From Nanobdellota archaeon (GTDB lineage: Archaea; Nanobdellota; Nanobdellia; Parvarchaeales; Parvarchaeaceae), in contig JAJZBD010000004.1 in assembly GCA_021799085.1 (NCBI GenBank), positions 7,973 through 71,972 on the forward strand: a stretch of 64,000 nucleotides of DNA, written 5' to 3'. Below are positions 58,736 through 64,000 of the stretch, in pieces. The notes below the pieces were generated by a model. It made no database searches and had not been told where the DNA came from. It saw nothing but the letters and a program-made list of their open reading frames with translations. The stretch's first letter is position 1, and each line of letters begins with the position of its first letter. Both the position numbers and the translations under genes were made by a program.

Positions 58736-58808
58736 TAGCCCTGACCGGATTTGAACCGGTGTCTAGGGCTCCAAAGGCCCTCGTGCTTGGCCGCTACACT
58801 ACAGGGCT
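58736..58808 (-). tRNA. tRNA-Gln(TTG)
   Basis: Reverse complement: AGCCCTG/CAGGGCT acceptor (A1-U72, as in archaeal Gln tRNAs), AGGGC-CTTTGGA-GCCCT, ACCGG-TTCAAAT-CCGGT. Confidence 0.95.
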
Positions 58809-58871
58809 ATAACATTAGCTTATGAAAGCTTCAAATATAAAACTTAAATATACTAAAACCTAGAGATTTAA

Positions 58872-59909
58872 ATGTTATTAGAGATATTGCTGTCTGCAGT
58901 GGTTGCAGCGATTGCCACATTCGTAAGCGGTAAATTCATAATTCCATTACTTGTGAGAGCTGGGCTAGTGGCACAGGACATAAACAAGGAAAAACGGCCA
59001 ATGCTTCCTTCAAGTGGCGGTTTCCTTTTGATTATAGGGCTGTTCGCCGGTGTAATGTCACTAATAGCAGCTTACAACTATGTCATAAAGGCAGATTTAA
59101 ATCCGGAGGCACTTCTTCTCGGTTTATCATCAATAATAATAATCTCCCTTATAGGATTTGTAGATGATCTATCCGGCGGAAAGATAAGGACTTCAATGGC
59201 CGACATAAAAAGGATGGCCAAGAATTATTCAATTTTCAATGGGGGGATAAGACAATGGCAGAAACCTTTGCTTACATTGATAGGCGCAGTTCCATTGATG
59301 GTCCTATTCTTTGGTAGCACAGTATATTTTCCAGGGATAGGAAACATTGTTATTAATCCTATATTATATATAGTAATTTTAATCCCTTTGGGAGTGGTAT
59401 TTGCATCAAATGCTTACAATATGCTAGAAGGCCTTAATGGCATTGCAATACAGATGGGCTTAGTCTTGTTTGCTGCCTTTTCCATACTTTCTTTTCATGT
59501 ACAGAATTACAATGGCTTTGCGCTTTCTATAATGATGTTTTCTGTCCTGCTTGGCTATTTGTATTACGGGAAATACCCTGCAAAGATAATACCTGGAGAC
59601 AGCCTTACATACCTTATAGGGGGGGCTGTTGCGGCAGTTGCGATAATAGGAGACATGCAGCTGTTTGCAGTGTTTATTATGATACCTTGGATAGTAGAAT
59701 TTGTTTTAAAGGCCAGGAAAAGATTCCACGCGAGTTCATGGGGGATAATTCACAAGGATGGAACATTATCCTCACCTTACGGAAATAAAGTCTACTCACT
59801 AACGCACCTGTTTTTAAGAAAAGAAAAATACAAGGAATGGCAGATAGCACTCATGCTTACTTTGATTGAAGTAATTGTATCTGCAGTAGGCCTTGTTATA
59901 TTCTGGTAA
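58872..59909 (+). CDS. aglH: UDP-GlcNAc:polyprenol-phosphate GlcNAc-1-P transferase (AglH/Alg7/MraY-like)
   Basis: QDINK, GFVDD, NAYNMLEGLNG, YPAKIIPGDS.TY..G; multi-TM. Confidence 0.85.
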   Translation: MLLEILLSAVVAAIATFVSGKFIIPLLVRAGLVAQDINKEKRPMLPSSGGFLLIIGLFAGVMSLIAAYNYVIKADLNPEALLLGLSSIIIISLIGFVDDLSGGKIRTSMADIKRMAKNYSIFNGGIRQWQKPLLTLIGAVPLMVLFFGSTVYFPGIGNIVINPILYIVILIPLGVVFASNAYNMLEGLNGIAIQMGLVLFAAFSILSFHVQNYNGFALSIMMFSVLLGYLYYGKYPAKIIPGDSLTYLIGGAVAAVAIIGDMQLFAVFIMIPWIVEFVLKARKRFHASSWGIIHKDGTLSSPYGNKVYSLTHLFLRKEKYKEWQIALMLTLIEVIVSAVGLVIFW

Positions 59910-59953
59910 GAAATACTGGAAAGGGTTAAATTTAAACAAAATCTAATTAAAAT

Positions 59954-60424
59954 ATGGAAATAATACCGATGGGCAACACCACTGTGCAATATGAAGGCAT
60001 TCTAGATGACCAGAAGTTCTACAATTTCCTTAGGGATCTGCTAGTTTCAGCAGGTTATTCGGTAAAGGAAACAAATTATATCCAGTTTTCTGGAGCAAAT
60101 TACGTCATAAAGTGGGTAGCCATGAAAGTTATAGATGATTATATGGCTTATAGAATCACTGTAAACCTTGATTATAGGAACATACAGGAGACAATGGCCG
60201 TAAAGGACGGCAAGCAGGTAAAGGCAAAAACAGGAACTGTGCAAGTACAGCTGGTCTCAGACATACTTGTAGACTATCTGAATAAATGGACGAAAGGTGT
60301 TTCAAAACTAGTAAGACCCATATACGATAAAATGAATGAGGAGGTCGTTGAGCAGAGAAAGGCGGCATTCGAAAGCGATGTAGAAAGCATAAAATCGGCC
60401 ATACAATCCAACTTCAACCAGTGA
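59954..60424 (+). CDS. Hypothetical protein (156 aa)
   Basis: Clean ORF, translationally coupled to the next gene. Confidence 0.7.
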   Translation: MEIIPMGNTTVQYEGILDDQKFYNFLRDLLVSAGYSVKETNYIQFSGANYVIKWVAMKVIDDYMAYRITVNLDYRNIQETMAVKDGKQVKAKTGTVQVQLVSDILVDYLNKWTKGVSKLVRPIYDKMNEEVVEQRKAAFESDVESIKSAIQSNFNQ

Positions 60425-62190
60425 TCATGCAAAGTTTAACATCATTGGATATATACAAATTACTTGAAGAAGTTGACTACATAAACGGAGGATTCATAAG
60501 AAACATAAAAAGCAGGAGAAATGAATTCTATTTTCTCATTTATAAGGGAAAAGAATACTGGCTTAAAATAGTGCCAGGCAGTTATTTCTGCGTAGTTGAT
60601 GAAAAACCTGAAGACAGCATAGACTTCGGATTTACACAGCTAGTCAAAAATGCGCTTAAGGGTAAAAGATTTTCAATAAAAATGCATAATTCCGACAGGA
60701 TATTGGAAATAGAAACAGATAATAACAAACTGCTTATTGAAATGTTCTCTAAGGGCAATGTCATACTATTGAAGGATGAAAAGATAGAAAGGGCACTTTT
60801 CCAGCGAAAATTTGAAAGCAGAGAGATATCAAGCGGCGGTGAGTATTTTTATCCTCCAGGAAACAAGAAATCATTTAATGACATGTACGGCGGTTTTTAT
60901 TCCACTTTAAAGTCATCTGACAGAGAAAGCGTAGTAAAAAGTCTTGCAATGGATTTTTCGATGGGAGGGTATTATGCCGAGGAGGCCTGTTTCCGCGCAA
61001 AAATTGACAAGTCTAAGAAGCCGCTTGATTTAAGCCAGGATGAGGCTAAAATGTTAAGGGAAAAATTCCTTGAGATAGTTAAAGAAAAGAAGCCAAATAT
61101 AATTGATAAAAAGATCTTTTCTGCAATTGAATTAAAGCACATTGAAGGCCAAAAGGAATACTTTAACAGCATTAACTCCGCAATCATAAGCTTCTTTGAA
61201 AACCCTGCGGAAATAGAACGAAAAAACCCTGTAAAAATAGAGCTTAACAAAGCACAGGACAGGCTTAAAGAATATGAAGAAGATATAGAGTTCATAAATG
61301 GGAATTACGAAAGAATAGAAAACGCAATAAGGATTTTAAAGTCATCTGATAAAAGCATAGAAGAAAGAGAGAAGGAATTGGATAAACTAGGTTTTGTAAT
61401 AAATGGAAAGAACATAATGCCAAAAGAAAGGCAAAAGCTTAACATAGACATAACGCAGACCCTTAATTATAACCTATCTAGTTTATACCAAAAGGCAAAG
61501 AGACTGAAAAAAATAGACACTGAAGCAATAACTTCAAAGACAAAGATGATAAAAAGAATAAAAGTAAAGGCAGAAAACCAGTGGTATTCAAAGTTCAGGC
61601 ATTTCATAACCTCTAATGGCAGATTAACAATAATAGGAAAGGACGTAAACCAAAATGAATCCCTTATAGAAAAGCATGTGGAAAAGAATGACTTGATTGG
61701 CCATGCTGATGTTTTTGGCAGCCCATTCGGGGTTATAAAATCAAATCAAAACAGTAACATAAACAGAAAGGATATGGAAGAAGCTGCTATAATGATAGCA
61801 TCATATTCATCGGCATGGAGAGCTGGTGCAGCAAACCTTGACGTTTATTTTGTAAAACCCGAGCAGGTTACAAAAACTCCGCCGTCTGGTGAATACCTGA
61901 AAAAAGGGGCGTTTTACATAGAGGGTAAAAGAGACTACATAAAAAGTGCGCAGCTAGGCATTTACATTTCTATAGAGATAAAAGAAGAACTAGCAGACTT
62001 GAAAGTTACTCCTTATGAACCTGATAAAACCTTTTTCCTCATAAAACCTGGAAACAAGAAGAGAGATGAGATTATAAGAAAAATAAACAGGACACTTTCG
62101 CAGAAGTACTCTGTGCAGGTAAATGAGGATTACATAGACAGACTTTTACCGCAGGGTAAATCTTCGATAGAAAAGATTAAACTTGCCTGA
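60421..62190 (+). CDS. rqcH: NFACT/RqcH (Rqc2) ribosome quality-control protein
   Basis: SDRILE...LIEMFSKGNVIL, WYSKFRHF..S.G...IGKD...NE, HAD..GSP, YSSAW, KTPPSGEYLKKGAFYI.GKR. Confidence 0.9.
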   Translation: MIMQSLTSLDIYKLLEEVDYINGGFIRNIKSRRNEFYFLIYKGKEYWLKIVPGSYFCVVDEKPEDSIDFGFTQLVKNALKGKRFSIKMHNSDRILEIETDNNKLLIEMFSKGNVILLKDEKIERALFQRKFESREISSGGEYFYPPGNKKSFNDMYGGFYSTLKSSDRESVVKSLAMDFSMGGYYAEEACFRAKIDKSKKPLDLSQDEAKMLREKFLEIVKEKKPNIIDKKIFSAIELKHIEGQKEYFNSINSAIISFFENPAEIERKNPVKIELNKAQDRLKEYEEDIEFINGNYERIENAIRILKSSDKSIEEREKELDKLGFVINGKNIMPKERQKLNIDITQTLNYNLSSLYQKAKRLKKIDTEAITSKTKMIKRIKVKAENQWYSKFRHFITSNGRLTIIGKDVNQNESLIEKHVEKNDLIGHADVFGSPFGVIKSNQNSNINRKDMEEAAIMIASYSSAWRAGAANLDVYFVKPEQVTKTPPSGEYLKKGAFYIEGKRDYIKSAQLGIYISIEIKEELADLKVTPYEPDKTFFLIKPGNKKRDEIIRKINRTLSQKYSVQVNEDYIDRLLPQGKSSIEKIKLA

Positions 62191-62409
62191 TTACTTTGAA
62201 GAATGCTCAATTATGAATTCTTCTATCGCCTTGCTTTTCGCAAGCTTTGTTATAAATCCCGCTATCTTGTTTCTGTTCCTTTTCTGAGCAGTTATTACCT
62301 TGTTCAACGCTTCCTTGTTGTTTTCAAAATTGTCATTGAAAAGGGATTTGTACCTCTTTAGTACCTCTATTGTTGCATTCCTTATTTCCTTCCCTCTTAT
62401 CCTTCCCAT
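62191..62409 (-). CDS. rps17e: 30S ribosomal protein S17e
   Basis: MGRIR...F.DNFENNK......KRNRNKIAGFIT. Confidence 0.93.
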   Translation of the reverse strand: MGRIRGKEIRNATIEVLKRYKSLFNDNFENNKEALNKVITAQKRNRNKIAGFITKLAKSKAIEEFIIEHSSK

Positions 62410-62521
62410 ATTTGATTAAAGATGCTGACACTACTATTTAATATTATCTTTTTTGATAAATGGTTTAGCTTAATTGCAAAATGACAAATCCTTTTATAGT
62501 AATTTAATTATTATATTTCAT

Positions 62522-62593
62522 GCCTAGGTGGCTCAGTGGCAAAGCGTCTCCTTGGTAAGGAGAAGATCGCGAGTCCGATTCTCGCCCTAGGCT
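62522..62593 (+). tRNA. tRNA-Thr(GGT)
   Basis: GCCTAGG/CCTAGGC acceptor, TCTCC-TTGGTAA-GGAGA, GCGAG-TCCGATT-CTCGC, U73. Confidence 0.92.
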
Positions 62594-62601
62594 TTCTTAT
62601 T

Positions 62602-64000
62602 CAGTAGAGCGAAAAGTGCTAAACCATCGACTTTTTACTAAACGCTCATTGTTGTAATCCGAGTATATTTACGCCAAATTCGCAACAAGGACCTAATGAT
62701 AAACGTGATTTTCGATAGAAAAGTGACAGATTAGCCTAAATACGACTAAACAAATTTACAACATCTTACAAGAAAAATCAAGTAACAGCTAATAGAACCT
62801 TTGTACTGTATAGTATAGCATCCAAAACTTTCGCTGATACAACTGGTTTTGTACTTTTTAAGTTCAAAGTGGTTATCACAAGCGAGTTTACCAGCACCCA
62901 AAAATTGTAAAGTATCACAGATAGCATAAAATACAGGAATCGGATTATGTATTTCTTGGATGTAGTCTTGCCTCTGAAGTCCTTCTTTACACGATAACCA
63001 CTCTCGATTTGCCATCTTCGCTCATACATATTAGCTATCGCCAGTGCAAGATTATTATCTCCAGTAATGACATTCATATTAGTGAAAAATCCGTACAGTT
63101 TATCTCCTTCTTTCTTAACTATAAGATTTACTCTTACGTTACCCATCAAGACATCTTTTAGTACCCCTACGGGATCTGGTTTGAGGAATGACGCATCCTT
63201 TAGTAGAGCCCTGTTGCTTTTCTTTGAGGGAATTACAAAGTACAGACCTTCTCTTTTGAGATAATTCAACAATTCAGAATCCAAGAAACCTCTGTCGATT
63301 AAAACTGTATGGATAGATATTTTCTCTCTCGCTGCATTCAACAATTTTATTACTAGATCGTTCTGATCATCTCCGTCTAAGAAAGGCAATGCACACAGCG
63401 TAAATCGCTGCTCGTGGTTTGTAACATCCAAGGTTATGAACTTGAAACACTTATTCGTTCCGTGTTCTGGTTCTTTCCCGACTACGAATTTATCTATTTT
63501 CCTGCCCCAATACTCCCATTTATGGCAGTCAATGGCAATAGTATAACGCCCCCTTCTTGAGATTATTTTAGCTTTTTCGGCGAGATTAAAAGTTATATCA
63601 AATATTTTATTAAAAACTTCAGATATTTCCTCGGTAGAGTATTTATCTAGATAGTAAAATAATGCGGCCCCTGTAGGTACCCGTTCGTCATTTTGTAAAT
63701 ACATTAATACCTTAGAACCATTCTTTGCGAAGTCTTTGGATATAGCGATATGTATCAAAAGATCTAGAAAAGATTCGTCGTTGTATATCGCATTGTATTT
63801 TGTCCCTTTCTCCAGCTGATGTAGTAGGATTTTCTTTACTTCCTTTGCGGCTTCTTCCGTTCTTTCTTTTACATATTTCTTACCGTTTTCTTCGGCAGTA
63901 GTCTTTGTTGAATTCTTATATAAGAAGACACCATAATCCAAAGTTACTCCGACTACATGGGCCATGTCGTCTATAGTTTTCACTACAAATTCGATTAGAT
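62602..64000 (-). mobile_element. ISH3-like (IS4 superfamily) insertion sequence, left end beyond the window
   Basis: DDE transposase plus a CAGTAG... putative terminal repeat start at 62602. Confidence 0.7.
62778..63983 (-). CDS. DDE transposase, ISH3/IS4-like; frame stays open to the window edge, so the true start is probably outside
   Basis: IAIDCH, LIDRGF, YFVIP, YERRWQIESGYRVKK (Y-2-R-3-E-6-K signature). Confidence 0.88.
   Translation of the reverse strand: MKTIDDMAHVVGVTLDYGVFLYKNSTKTTAEENGKKYVKERTEEAAKEVKKILLHQLEKGTKYNAIYNDESFLDLLIHIAISKDFAKNGSKVLMYLQNDERVPTGAALFYYLDKYSTEEISEVFNKIFDITFNLAEKAKIISRRGRYTIAIDCHKWEYWGRKIDKFVVGKEPEHGTNKCFKFITLDVTNHEQRFTLCALPFLDGDDQNDLVIKLLNAAREKISIHTVLIDRGFLDSELLNYLKREGLYFVIPSKKSNRALLKDASFLKPDPVGVLKDVLMGNVRVNLIVKKEGDKLYGFFTNMNVITGDNNLALAIANMYERRWQIESGYRVKKDFRGKTTSKKYIIRFLYFMLSVILYNFWVLVNSLVITTLNLKSTKPVVSAKVLDAILYSTKVLLAVT

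Noticed and set aside
701-62593. tRNA introns or split/permuted tRNAs
   Set aside because: All four tRNAs fold as contiguous 72-73 nt cloverleaves without bulge-helix-bulge inserts
62607-62647. Imperfect hairpin (GAGCG-AAAAGT...ACTTTT-7nt-CGCTC) as an ncRNA or terminator
   Set aside because: Short, bulged and inside the presumed IS end; could arise by chance
1-64000. CRISPR array, rRNA, RNase P or SRP RNA
   Set aside because: No regularly spaced repeats and no long GC-rich non-coding stretch seen by eye; intergenic gaps are short and AT-rich

Overview
AT-rich, gene-dense archaeal chromosome segment. The gene families suggest a DPANN archaeon, most plausibly an acidophilic Parvarchaeota-type organism; this is inference, not a database match. 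Housekeeping content: rpl15e, rpl35ae, the rpl2-rps19-rpl22-rps3-rpl29 fragment, rps17e, tfb, aIF5B, trm1, ksgA, rnz, GINS, Hef, smc/scpA/scpB, cdc48, RqcH, sugar-nucleotide enzymes, a complete A/V-type ATPase operon in the order K-E-C-F-A-B-D-H-I, four intron-less tRNAs (all three Thr isoacceptors plus Gln) and an ISH3-like element cut by the right edge. The most notable element is a two-part surface-appendage locus (1910-5460 and 7592-9958). It contains 46-57 aa pilin-like micro-proteins, four of them below the ORF-track cutoff and translated by hand, Cys-rich paralogous exported proteins and a 575-aa coiled-coil protein of unknown function. Other oddities: a stand-alone nuoJKLMN operon with a NuoL TM12 Lys-to-His change, a tRNA-Thr with no TPsiC loop consensus, a perfect 50-bp repeat between the two cdc48 Walker A regions, a hidden rpl29 overlapping rps3 by 83 bp, a HIT protein lacking its catalytic His, a tandem dCTP-deaminase-like protein with split motifs and an RHH-nucleotidyltransferase fusion. 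No CRISPR array or rRNA was seen.
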